Part shown: piece by piece, positions 9,634 through 19,549 of the stretch
How positions within the stretch are numbered: the stretch's first letter is position 1
How the letters are laid out: every line of letters starts with the position of its first letter
Source: a virus
Strand: one strand, 5' to 3'
Length of the DNA stretch: 64,000 nt
Virus record (IMG/VR): IMGVR_UViG_3300028822_000042
Coordinates: 22,501-86,500 of that record
Position numbers and translations under genes: made by a program
The notes under the pieces: model-generated
Databases searched by the model: none
Told to the model about the DNA's origin: nothing
The model's input: the letters and a program-made list of their open reading frames with translations, nothing else

Positions 9634-10275
9634 ATGACTAAAGGCAAAAAACTATCAAATGAAGAAGCTCAGATGCTTGCAGAAGCAGAGAAGGCAGCAA
9701 AGGCAGGTTTTGACCAAAAAACAAAGCAGTTAAATGAAGAAATATATGGATCAATAACAACAAAGTTTGATCCTACAGTAGAAATGAAAGATAAAGCTTC
9801 TATGGAAAATGATTCTACAGTAGAGACCTCTTCTCATAGACCTGAAGAAGACCCATCTTTAGAGGGGGAAGAGCCTGGAGATACAGTCCCTGAAGATCCT
9901 GAAGAGAGGATGAAATGGACTGCCAAGATGCTGCAGAAGGTAAACCCTAAAGCACCTGGATACAATGCTCTTAGGCAGTGGAAACAGATGCATGGGGATA
10001 TCTTCATTCTAAATATACAAGATAAAGTCTTTATCTATCGGTATATTAAGAGACAAGAATGGGCACAACTTCAATCGAGTGATAGTTTCAACAACATGAA
10101 TCCTGTTCAACAGGAAGATCATATTACAGAACGTTGTGTTCTTTGGCCAGAAATGAATCCTATGGTTAAGGCATCTATGCCTGCAGGTGCATTGAGTATG
10201 CTTGCAGAACAGATCAGAATTCAGAGTATGTTCTTAGATCCTGTACAAGTGGCCAATATCACATTGAAGCTCTAA
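9634..10275 (+). CDS. Probable tail assembly chaperone
   Basis: Between tube and tape-measure genes. C-terminal 'WKQMHGDIF...FIYRYIKRQEW...CVLWP...AGALSMLAEQI' resembles myophage tail chaperones. RBS GGAGG. Confidence 0.65.
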   Translation: MTKGKKLSNEEAQMLAEAEKAAKAGFDQKTKQLNEEIYGSITTKFDPTVEMKDKASMENDSTVETSSHRPEEDPSLEGEEPGDTVPEDPEERMKWTAKMLQKVNPKAPGYNALRQWKQMHGDIFILNIQDKVFIYRYIKRQEWAQLQSSDSFNNMNPVQQEDHITERCVLWPEMNPMVKASMPAGALSMLAEQIRIQSMFLDPVQVANITLKL

Positions 10276-10967
10276 TGACTTCTCTCCATCATGCATTAGA
10301 TGCAATAAGAAAGGCAGATGATGCCTTATATGCTGTTCCGTTTCCTGATGGTACAGAGATAGTTTTTCGTCTGCCTTCTTATAGAAAAGCTCTACAGTAT
10401 TCTGAGCTTATATCTATTAGCAAAGAAGACTCTCAACTTTCTTCTCATATCTACAACTATATATTTAAATCTGTATGTCAGGATAAATTTCTGGCAAATG
10501 ATAGCGACATGCTTCCAGCAGGTGTCCCTGAGACGGTTGCTAAATTAGTCCTACTCTTCTCTGGTGTAGATGAATCTTCATTAGACTATACAGAGACTCT
10601 TCTTAACTCATATAGATCTAGAGTTAATAATGTCATCTGTACAATGAAGAGGTGTATCTGCAAAGTGTTTTCTGGGTATAAGTATCATGAGCTAGATAGT
10701 CTTAACTATCAGCAACTTATTGAAGTATTTGTTCAAGCAGAGAAAGTTTTACAAGATGAAGGTATAATATCTGAAGAGGGTCTTGTTATTCAAAGACCTG
10801 AAGATAGTAAACAAAAAGATCTTGATGTTGGACAAATGATCAATAAGGACATTAAGGAATACAATCAATTTGAACATGGTGGTTCTTCAGGACAATCCCT
10901 GTATGACAGCCCAGAATATAAATCTAGACTAGAACAAGAGAAGATGAGAAGGATGAGACAGTCTTAG
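10275..10967 (+). CDS. Probable second tail assembly chaperone
   Basis: TAATG-coupled to the previous gene; similar 'IVFR...C...PAGVPETVAKLV' pattern. Confidence 0.55.
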   Translation: MTSLHHALDAIRKADDALYAVPFPDGTEIVFRLPSYRKALQYSELISISKEDSQLSSHIYNYIFKSVCQDKFLANDSDMLPAGVPETVAKLVLLFSGVDESSLDYTETLLNSYRSRVNNVICTMKRCICKVFSGYKYHELDSLNYQQLIEVFVQAEKVLQDEGIISEEGLVIQRPEDSKQKDLDVGQMINKDIKEYNQFEHGGSSGQSLYDSPEYKSRLEQEKMRRMRQS

Positions 10968-10980
10968 GAGGGTACTTGAC

Positions 10981-13900
10981 TTGGTCAAAAAAATTCTTGC
11001 AGAAGGGGAACAACCAGGTTTACCTGGTGAAGGGTTCCAAGATAATTCTGGTTCTTTAACAGCTCTTGCATTTGGCGCTGGAGGTCTTGCCGCTACTGGA
11101 TTTATTCCTGTTGGCAAAGGTCGGATGTGGGATAAGTATCTCTCTGGAATTAGAAGTGTAGAAACTGCTTTTCCCGGCGCAATACTAAGAACATTTAGGA
11201 CATCTGAGTTCCTCTCTCCTCTTGAGAGCTGGTCCAAGCTTGGTCTTGCTGAAGCTGAGCTTAAGGGTGCTGGAGTATATTCAGATTACCTTAAGACTAC
11301 TTTTGGCCAGGGCATAAAGGCACTAGATGTTACTAGAACTGGATCTGTATTTGGTGAAGTCAGAGACGAGGCTGGAAGACTTGTTGGTATGGCAGCCCAG
11401 ATGGAGGCTGGTACTCTCAAGGGTTCTGCTATCTCTGACTACTATGCTCGTGTTCAAGGATTAAATCTTACTCAGTATGATTCTTTAAATGAATCTTTGC
11501 TCAGAGCCAAGTGGAAAGCTGCTAAGAGTACTCTTCCTTATAATGAATGGGTAAAGACTCTTGAGCCTCATCTGCGTAGAGAACGTATAATACTTGGGGC
11601 TAAGATTAGAAACAAAGCCAATCTCATGGGGCTTAATCTTGAACTCTCTGAGAGGATGGCTCGCAATGTAGCTAAAGCAGAAATAGCAGGAAATATCCTT
11701 AGAGCTAAGGCAGCATCTACTGCCGGTAGACTAAACAATCTACTTACAAAACCATTAGAAGTTCCTGTTCTTGGTGATGTTCTAGAGAAAATACCTGGCC
11801 TGCGTAGTATGGCCGTTCGTCCTGGCACCAACTTACAGATACTTGGAAGGCTTACTGCCAAAGGTGCTGTAGCTGGTGCTGCTTGGAAGGGTTTAGATTA
11901 TGTAGACTATCTTCGTTCTGAAGGGTCTATATGGGCTGCTCCACTGTCTGTAGCTGGTGGGGCTGCAGCTGGTGCTTTTATAGCTAGAAGACCTGGTATG
12001 AAATTCTCTAAAGGAGGATTGATTGCCGGTGCAGCTCTTGGTCTGTTTACTTCCATATCTCCTAGATTTAGTGAAGGCATATTCTATGGTGCAGCATCTA
12101 CTACTGCAGATATAAATCTTGCTAGATCAGAATTGTCTAGTACCGTTGGGATCACAGAGTCTCTTCAAGAACAAGAGGAAGTAACTTCTGGTCTTGTAAC
12201 TCCTCAAGCTGCATTAGCATTTGGTGGTATTGGTGCTTTAGGTGTTGGATTCGCTGACTATTTTTCCTTTCTTGGTCGCGCAAGTAAAGAGAAGTTGGCT
12301 ACTAAAGAACCGTTCTTTAAAGTTCTTGAACGATTCAGAGAGAGAGAGGGCAACTTAGTATCTAATTTGTGGGAGTCTTCTCTTGGTAAGAAAATAGCTA
12401 AAACTCCTATTCTAAAACATCTTACTAAGATTAAGAGTGCAGCAGGACTTGGCTTTGTTGCTGGCCTTGCTGCATGGCAAGGAATTACATCTGGTCTTTC
12501 TCTCCTTGCTGGCAATCCATTGGCAGCTATACCTGGTGTTCCTTTTATAGGAACCACAGAAACTCCTGAAGAGCTTAGTGCTGTTTATTCAGGTGAGAAA
12601 GATGTAGCTGTACGTAAAGGCAGATGGTGGGAGTTTGGTAGATCAACTGGTTACGAAGGTGGACGTATAGAATACTATCGTCCGCACTTTCTACATAGAT
12701 TAAGAACTAGAGCGTATCAGAAAGGACTGTATGGTTCAGAAGAGGAGAAATGGGAATACGACCCCATGATAAATCCTCTTAAAGCTCTTTTCGGCTCGGA
12801 TGAGTGGAAATACCACTATGAGAAAAAACATCAGTATGATAGACCTGCTCCTCTTACAGGCACATATGGAGAAGATATTCCGTTCATAGGGCCTCTAGTT
12901 GCAGCTACATTTGGTAAGCTCTTCAAGCCTCGTAAGAAAGTACGTCCAGAAGAATGGAATCTTGGTGGTGGTGAATATGTAGATATTACTGACCCTAGAG
13001 GAGAGACAGAACCTGCATATGGTCTTGGTGGTTTAGGTCCCGGTGCACCTGTTGCTCCAGAAGAAGGCAGCCAACTATTAAACCAACTTAACTATAGGAG
13101 ACGTGAAGCTGTAGGTCTTGTAGGTTTCCTTGAGGGAGCCCTTACTAAGAGAGCTATTGGTAGAGAAGAATTTTTTCAGAACAAAAGAACCCTAGAAGGA
13201 ATGGGAGAAGAGACAGGTTCTGAATACTGGTTATGGAAACATCTTAATCTTGGCGGTGGGTTAGGCACTACAGAAGCAGTTAGACGTTTTATTCCTAGAA
13301 CTCCTAGCTATCTAGAGACATATAATCCTCTAAAGAATGCTCTTCCTTCTTGGATGCCAGATGACTACTTTCTAGATCTAAAGCATGGTAACCCCTTCAA
13401 GAAGATACCTGAAGCAGAGATAAGACTTCCTGGTGAAGGCTATGCCACCCTACATCCAGAAGTTGAAGGTCTATCTCCTGAAGAATATCCATTAGCACAT
13501 AGAGTTAAGATCCTTGGCGATGTAGCTATGTGGTCTAATGAATATAAAAGCACAATTAGATATGCCAAGTCTAGATTAGATCAATTCTCTCCTGAAGAAG
13601 CTCAGATGATTCAGGAGACAGAGGAACAAGTAAGAGCCAAGAAGGAGAGAAGAGAGTTTTCTCCCTATATATTTGGTGGCGACCAACTAGAAGAGATGGA
13701 TGTAACTGTCTCTGAAGTCTTAAGTCCTAGACATATTAAGACTAAAGAGATGGGAGATATGATTCTTGAGATTCAAGGTATTGGTGCAGTTAAGAATACA
13801 AAGGAAGCCTTAAACTTTGTTCAGCAGTCTCTTGAAGGCAGCAAGGTATCTGTCCATACACCTAAACTAGAACCTAGAAGATACAGCTCTATAACTAGAG

Positions 13901-15162
13901 GTCCTAGAATGAAGGTAGTTCCTATGGTTGAGGGACAGCCTATTAGTTCTTTAATGGCAGAGGAAGGTATTTCTGAAGCGAGGCCACTAGAAGATGAGTT
14001 CAAACAATTACAATTTTCAACGGCAGAACGTCTTGCAGGTAGATTAGGTGAATATGTCACTCATGGAATAGAGACTCCGCTTGAATATCTAACTCCTGTA
14101 TCTCCAGCATCAAAACTTATTCGTAAGAGATCTCCAGTTGAAGAATATGTTGCTACAGAAGCTATAGGAACTGGAGCCTCATTCTGGGATAGGCCTGTAG
14201 AGAATTTTCTAAAGCCTGCTTATAACATGGCTAAATACAAAGCAGGTATAGTTGATGTCCCTGAAAACGTAGAAGAAAGACGAGATATTCAAGAATACTT
14301 CGATATGCTGAAGTGGGTTAAAATGTCTCGTCTTGAGAAGAAAGCTCGACAAATAGGTGATGATACAGCTGCTGCTGAATATAGCAAAGCTAAATCCTCT
14401 ACTGTATTTGGTGTAGATGTCTTTAAGAGTCCTGTAAATATTATGAGGGCTCTTCCTCGTCGAGAGAGAGATTTCTTTGGCGAATTTGTTGACGCAAGAA
14501 CAGAAGAAGAGAGAGCACAAATCCTTCAACTCATACCTGAGAACGAGAGAAGAATTTATCTTTCTCAATGGATGAGACAAGAAGAAAGAGCAGCCTATTC
14601 AAAGAGGAATGCAAAGATAGAGACAGAAGAGGACGATAAGATAATAAACATGACTGCTAGAATGAGAGCCTCTGAAGGTTTTTCTTATCCTGAAGGTGCA
14701 GAAGAACAATGGCTTAAAGAGACTGGCGGTCGAATAGAATTTGATGAGTGGATTAGAGAACGTAAAGCAGAAGAATACTTTGAGACTCACTCTCTCCCTG
14801 GAGCAGACTGGCTAGGTTGGCATCCATCAGTGGACCTTGAAGATGTTAAAATGCTCATGGTTGAGCAAGCAGGCCTTGACCACCATGACTTTGATCTCTG
14901 GGGACAGAGAAGAAGAGCCCTTGCACGTAAGCCATATATAGAACCATCTCTCCTTCAAGGTATGACTGAAAGAGCTGAATATGAAGATTCTTGGAAGGTT
15001 GCTGAGAATTCTAGAACTCTTACAAGAATGTTTAATGACCATCAAGCAGAAATATATGTTTCTCAGTTAGATACCCATGGAGATGACAATAAATATGATA
15101 TCCAGGTTAAGGATAGCCGCAGAGACCTTATTGAGAAAGCCTACAGACATCTAGGAGCTTAA
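10981..15162 (+). CDS. Tape-measure-like / ejection protein with multiple hydrophobic helices and a degenerate SNase-like domain
   Basis: 1393 aa, TTG start 9 nt after AGGAGG, directly after the chaperones. At least five Gly/Ala-rich hydrophobic stretches in the N-terminal ~520 aa. Confidence 0.65.
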   Translation: MVKKILAEGEQPGLPGEGFQDNSGSLTALAFGAGGLAATGFIPVGKGRMWDKYLSGIRSVETAFPGAILRTFRTSEFLSPLESWSKLGLAEAELKGAGVYSDYLKTTFGQGIKALDVTRTGSVFGEVRDEAGRLVGMAAQMEAGTLKGSAISDYYARVQGLNLTQYDSLNESLLRAKWKAAKSTLPYNEWVKTLEPHLRRERIILGAKIRNKANLMGLNLELSERMARNVAKAEIAGNILRAKAASTAGRLNNLLTKPLEVPVLGDVLEKIPGLRSMAVRPGTNLQILGRLTAKGAVAGAAWKGLDYVDYLRSEGSIWAAPLSVAGGAAAGAFIARRPGMKFSKGGLIAGAALGLFTSISPRFSEGIFYGAASTTADINLARSELSSTVGITESLQEQEEVTSGLVTPQAALAFGGIGALGVGFADYFSFLGRASKEKLATKEPFFKVLERFREREGNLVSNLWESSLGKKIAKTPILKHLTKIKSAAGLGFVAGLAAWQGITSGLSLLAGNPLAAIPGVPFIGTTETPEELSAVYSGEKDVAVRKGRWWEFGRSTGYEGGRIEYYRPHFLHRLRTRAYQKGLYGSEEEKWEYDPMINPLKALFGSDEWKYHYEKKHQYDRPAPLTGTYGEDIPFIGPLVAATFGKLFKPRKKVRPEEWNLGGGEYVDITDPRGETEPAYGLGGLGPGAPVAPEEGSQLLNQLNYRRREAVGLVGFLEGALTKRAIGREEFFQNKRTLEGMGEETGSEYWLWKHLNLGGGLGTTEAVRRFIPRTPSYLETYNPLKNALPSWMPDDYFLDLKHGNPFKKIPEAEIRLPGEGYATLHPEVEGLSPEEYPLAHRVKILGDVAMWSNEYKSTIRYAKSRLDQFSPEEAQMIQETEEQVRAKKERREFSPYIFGGDQLEEMDVTVSEVLSPRHIKTKEMGDMILEIQGIGAVKNTKEALNFVQQSLEGSKVSVHTPKLEPRRYSSITRGPRMKVVPMVEGQPISSLMAEEGISEARPLEDEFKQLQFSTAERLAGRLGEYVTHGIETPLEYLTPVSPASKLIRKRSPVEEYVATEAIGTGASFWDRPVENFLKPAYNMAKYKAGIVDVPENVEERRDIQEYFDMLKWVKMSRLEKKARQIGDDTAAAEYSKAKSSTVFGVDVFKSPVNIMRALPRRERDFFGEFVDARTEEERAQILQLIPENERRIYLSQWMRQEERAAYSKRNAKIETEEDDKIINMTARMRASEGFSYPEGAEEQWLKETGGRIEFDEWIRERKAEEYFETHSLPGADWLGWHPSVDLEDVKMLMVEQAGLDHHDFDLWGQRRRALARKPYIEPSLLQGMTERAEYEDSWKVAENSRTLTRMFNDHQAEIYVSQLDTHGDDNKYDIQVKDSRRDLIEKAYRHLGA

Positions 15163-15163
15163 T

Positions 15164-18100
15164 ATGTTTGGACAAGATGAACGATCACCTCTATGGGGTT
15201 TAGCTGCTGGCGGAAGTCTTATTGGCGGTGCCGCATATGCTTTTAGTAAAAACAAATCAGCATTTGCTGATGTTCTTAAATCTAATCTAGATGTGGCCTC
15301 TTCAGTGGGGTCTAGAATTGCTGATGCTCCTGGCTTTGTTACAGTTAGAAATATGCCTTCAGCAGTAGGTTCTGTTAGTAGTGAATTGTCTTCACTAGTT
15401 CAGGATCTACCTAAGAGCACAATACGAGACATAGAACAACTTACATACAGATCTATCATGGCAGGCAAAACAGCAACCCATGAAGAAGCATTGTCAGCTT
15501 TGTCTGTAGTTAGAAAACAGGGATCTCCTCTAGAAGCATATGAAGCAGCAGTTGAGAAAGCTGGAGCATTAGGCGGAGACATAGGAGAGATAGAAAGAGG
15601 AATGAAAGGAATTGGAAGTGTTCCTTCAGAATCTATAGTTAGACGTGCAGGAGTTTCTGAGGGAGGATTTGGTTTTGGCTTTCAATATGAGAAATTTGCT
15701 GATCTTAGTGAAGATGCCCAATCCAGATATACAAGACTTAAAAGCAACCTTGAGTCAGCAGCTGGCAGAAAAATAGATATTAGAGTTAAGAACATAAGTG
15801 ATATTATTGACAATGAGGTTGTAACTACTCCTATGGCTACAGCAGAAATTGCAGGAGAGTCATTTAATATTCCACTTGCTGATACAAAATATACTTATGG
15901 AGGCAAAGGATATACTGCTAGATACGCAACTAGAGGGGCCTATACTGCTACTGGCCATAAGATGACTTATTCTCAACTTGCTGAACAGACACTTATAGAT
16001 GCTTTGTCTGGCGCACAATCTCATAGAGAAGTTAAGCAAAATTTACTTCAAGCACATCAAACACTGATAGATCAAATGAACTCTAGAGATTCAGATGCTA
16101 GAGCAGCAGCAGTATGGACTCTTCCTGAGCCTGTTGCTCCTTCTGGATCTAAAGCTAGAACACGTATACTTGCACAAGAGGCAATTGCATCAGGCAAGAT
16201 TACAGAGGAAGAAGTAATTAATCTTTTAGGACATGGCTTCTATGGATACACAAGTCCCTCTGCTGCAGCAAAGGGAACATTAGCTACTCAAAATCTAGCA
16301 ACTGGTCTCTATGGTCCTCTTGGGGCTTTTATGAGTGCAGAGCAGAAACCTACTCAATTCATTAGAGGAGAATGGGGTGTTACAGGAGAAGCTAAAAGAA
16401 GAGCTAAAGCTTTTAAAGGTGCATTCGGACAAGCATACTCTCGTTTAGATAGAAAGATGAAGGGAGAACTATATGACCCTCTAATATATGGTAAAGGAGT
16501 TAATCCCCTATCTGCAGAAGCTTACTCCTCTCCTCAATTACTTACATTTTATGCAAAGCCTGCTGCAAAGAAAGAATATGGTATTGGCTATAAGTCAGGA
16601 GCTCTTAATGAACTTCTTTCAGCAGAAGAAGGAGTTATATCTAAATCTGTTACCGGACAGATGGAACATGAAAGAGTAATTCAGAAGAAGATTGCTCTTG
16701 ATGAAGGTTTTAGAGTTAACAAACAAATCTCAGAACAACTTAAAGATGTACCTCCAGGTTCTGGAGTTTCTCCTGTATTCTTAGGCGAAAATCAGTTTGT
16801 TGGAATAGAGAAAGGCACAGGTAAAGAAATAATAACTAGTAGAGGAGATGCTATTGAAAATGTTGTTGGTGCTGAGATTACTGGGCCTAATGAGGCTAAT
16901 GTTTTTATAAGAGAACGTAGAAGATTGTCAGAAGATGAATATTGGAAGTTCTTCTCAGAAGAGAACAAATTTATGGCTTCTGCTGCTTCTGAAGAGAAGA
17001 TGAGAAAGACTATTAAAGCAGCTGGGGTAGGAGACCTCAGAAAAATAGCTGGTCAGGAAATAGAAGCTGTGTTCTCCGGTAAGCTTGTTGGCAGAAACAA
17101 AATGGCACTTCTAAACCAGCAGATAGAAGCAGCAAGTATGTTTCTTGGTAGAAAGATAGATAGAGGAACAATTGCTTCTCCTGCGGCGCAAGAATTCTTA
17201 GCTGACCCTATAAAAGCTCTCAATGTAAAAAGTCTTATGGCTTCAAGTGCAGCAGATGCTGATTTTCAAATACAGAAGAACTTGGTTGGCTTAACAAGAA
17301 AGTGGGGCTTCTCTGGATTTGAAACACAGTTAACATTTGGTCTTACTGATCTTGATGTAGCAGCTAAGCTTGAGAAACAGACAAACTTTAGAGGCTTTTC
17401 TAGATTAGTTGAGAGAGCACCTGGTGTAGTCGGTCTTGGCAAAATGAAGCTTGGCGATAGAGCAGCTGAAGGTGGAGCTGGAAGAATAGGATCATTTGAA
17501 ACTACAGGTTTTAGAGCCTTGGCGATGAAAGGCGAAACAGGAGAAAGCTTTGCTGCTGAACTAAGAAATAGACTTCTTGGTAAAGGTGATATTACAGAAT
17601 CAGACAGAATGTTTGCCTCTGTTATTGGAGAACAAGGCTTCTTTGATAAGTTTAAACGTAGAGGTTTAGAAAATTTAACAGATATAGATCCTGAAGAACT
17701 GTTTGTTCCTGAAGGTAGAGAAGTTAGTCTTGGTCGGAGGATGAAAGAACTAGGAGGATCCTCTTCTTTATATGTCCCAGGTCTTGAGACATCTCCTGAT
17801 ATAATGGCTCCGTCTATCGTTAAAGGTGAAAGAGTACAGTCTCCAGCCGCTAAAAGCATAATGTCTTTCCAAGGCTCTCTTAGTAAACATGTCGCCGGTA
17901 AAATAGGAGATGAAGAACTTGAGGCTGCAGCTGCCACTCTCAGAACTAATCTAGCTAGAGTCTCAGAGCAGCAAGCATTTGCTAAGAGTAAAGTACTTGG
18001 CTCTAGAGTTCTTACAGGCATCAGAGGAAACTTTGCCAAGGATAGAGATACTTTTAGAATATCTAAATCTGCAGCAGAAGGAATGTTTGATGAGCTTATT

Positions 18101-19549
18101 GACAGAGCTGAATCAGGCGAACAAGTAGATTTCCTTAAGCAACAGAGAAAAGCAGCCATGGAAGAACAGGTTCTTACTGGAGGAATGTGGAGACACCCCA
18201 CTACAGGACCTGAGTCATTTCAGTTCGTAAAATACAAAGTAGATAAAGATCTAGCTGATGGGATGCTAGCTGCTCCTAAAGAATATGGGAAGCTTCATAT
18301 AGAAGGCAAGACTAGACCTGTAGATGTTTCTGCTATGGTTGGGTTTAAAGGTGACTTTGACAGAGATCAATTCGTTATATCTGCAATAGCCGATAGAGAT
18401 AACTCTAATAGAATAGCTAAACAGATAGATCATGGCATGAAAGAACAGTATAACAGATATGTGTTTAATCATTATGCTATGAAAGATTCCATCGAAGGCA
18501 GACTAGGCAAAAGTTCTGTCCTTGATATGACTTCAAAAGAAGCCCTTGAGATGGGATACAAACAACACACAACAGCAAAGACCTCAACTGGTAAAGTTAA
18601 TCTAGCTTTACAAAAACTAAAGATTGGTGTTTCAGCTGCAGCTCCTGAAAAGTATAGACCTTTAGCTGAAATGTTCTGGCATTTAGAAGAAGCGGCTATC
18701 AGTGGCAAGCATGGTGTACTAGAATCAGAACTTTATCAGGCAATTGCTAGTTCGGTTAATAAAGGTGGAGAACGGGGAATTAGAGATATGGAGGCTGTAA
18801 TAAAAAGTCTCATGGGAGAAGCAAGAACAATAAGAGGTGAAATAACTGATTCTTTTGGTAATAGGATTACTCAACAGATTGATTATAATCCAAGACAATG
18901 GGCTGAGACAGCTGTCGGTTCGTTAGATGCTGTTAGAGACGATGTTAATGCTGTTATGCGTTCGGCTTCATTTGCTAAAGGAAATGTAGACGCAAATATA
19001 AAACAGCTTACTGAACAATTCCATGCTAGAAGATCTGGTTCTGTTGATATAGCTCAAAGCCTTATGCAAGGAACAAGTGATGAGTTTACAACTAAAACAT
19101 CAAGAGCAATGAGACGAGGAGCTGTAAGAGCTAAAGGATTTATGTCTGCAGTTAAGAAAGGTTCTAAACCTCTTATGGTTGGAGCTGCAGCTGCTGCAGG
19201 TATTATGCTTATGTCACCTAGCACATCAGGTGTACTTAGAAAACCTGAAGGCTCTGCTGGCGGACGTAATATGCCACCAGAAGACTATGGTCCACCTAAT
19301 GGCGGTCCAATACAACCACCACCACCAGGACCAAATAGATCTCCTAGAACCTATGACATAGGTAGCGGAAACAGAACATCTCATGCTAATATTAGAATGC
19401 GTATTAACGATTTAGATTCTTCATCTAGAGACTTTATGGCTAGTGCTCGTGCCCTATCAGATGGTTCTGGAGTTAGAATTAATGCTAAAGATGACAGAAG
19501 TATCTTAGATCCTAGATTACTCGCTAGTAAGATCCATGAGAGGCTATAG
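15164..19549 (+). CDS. Putative single-chain two-barrel (beta+beta'-like) virion RNA polymerase at the tape-measure locus
   Basis: Ordered motifs: AEEGVISKS, KFFSEENK, IEAVFSGKLVGR...QQIE, GGAGRIGSFE...AL, WRHPT, GFKGDFDRDQ, TAKTSTG, AAISGKHG. Confidence 0.75.
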   Translation: MFGQDERSPLWGLAAGGSLIGGAAYAFSKNKSAFADVLKSNLDVASSVGSRIADAPGFVTVRNMPSAVGSVSSELSSLVQDLPKSTIRDIEQLTYRSIMAGKTATHEEALSALSVVRKQGSPLEAYEAAVEKAGALGGDIGEIERGMKGIGSVPSESIVRRAGVSEGGFGFGFQYEKFADLSEDAQSRYTRLKSNLESAAGRKIDIRVKNISDIIDNEVVTTPMATAEIAGESFNIPLADTKYTYGGKGYTARYATRGAYTATGHKMTYSQLAEQTLIDALSGAQSHREVKQNLLQAHQTLIDQMNSRDSDARAAAVWTLPEPVAPSGSKARTRILAQEAIASGKITEEEVINLLGHGFYGYTSPSAAAKGTLATQNLATGLYGPLGAFMSAEQKPTQFIRGEWGVTGEAKRRAKAFKGAFGQAYSRLDRKMKGELYDPLIYGKGVNPLSAEAYSSPQLLTFYAKPAAKKEYGIGYKSGALNELLSAEEGVISKSVTGQMEHERVIQKKIALDEGFRVNKQISEQLKDVPPGSGVSPVFLGENQFVGIEKGTGKEIITSRGDAIENVVGAEITGPNEANVFIRERRRLSEDEYWKFFSEENKFMASAASEEKMRKTIKAAGVGDLRKIAGQEIEAVFSGKLVGRNKMALLNQQIEAASMFLGRKIDRGTIASPAAQEFLADPIKALNVKSLMASSAADADFQIQKNLVGLTRKWGFSGFETQLTFGLTDLDVAAKLEKQTNFRGFSRLVERAPGVVGLGKMKLGDRAAEGGAGRIGSFETTGFRALAMKGETGESFAAELRNRLLGKGDITESDRMFASVIGEQGFFDKFKRRGLENLTDIDPEELFVPEGREVSLGRRMKELGGSSSLYVPGLETSPDIMAPSIVKGERVQSPAAKSIMSFQGSLSKHVAGKIGDEELEAAAATLRTNLARVSEQQAFAKSKVLGSRVLTGIRGNFAKDRDTFRISKSAAEGMFDELIDRAESGEQVDFLKQQRKAAMEEQVLTGGMWRHPTTGPESFQFVKYKVDKDLADGMLAAPKEYGKLHIEGKTRPVDVSAMVGFKGDFDRDQFVISAIADRDNSNRIAKQIDHGMKEQYNRYVFNHYAMKDSIEGRLGKSSVLDMTSKEALEMGYKQHTTAKTSTGKVNLALQKLKIGVSAAAPEKYRPLAEMFWHLEEAAISGKHGVLESELYQAIASSVNKGGERGIRDMEAVIKSLMGEARTIRGEITDSFGNRITQQIDYNPRQWAETAVGSLDAVRDDVNAVMRSASFAKGNVDANIKQLTEQFHARRSGSVDIAQSLMQGTSDEFTTKTSRAMRRGAVRAKGFMSAVKKGSKPLMVGAAAAAGIMLMSPSTSGVLRKPEGSAGGRNMPPEDYGPPNGGPIQPPPPGPNRSPRTYDIGSGNRTSHANIRMRINDLDSSSRDFMASARALSDGSGVRINAKDDRSILDPRLLASKIHERL

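Noticed and set aside
9634-10967. Programmed -1 frameshift between the tail chaperones (lambda G/GT style)
   Set aside because: No clear slippery heptamer near the end of the first ORF; the genes are joined by an ordinary TAATG stop/start overlap.
17266-18201. 311-aa antisense ORF inside the RNAP-like gene
   Set aside because: It lies entirely opposite a motif-bearing gene, is Ser/Leu/Pro-rich as expected for a codon-bias shadow, and has no recognisable domain.
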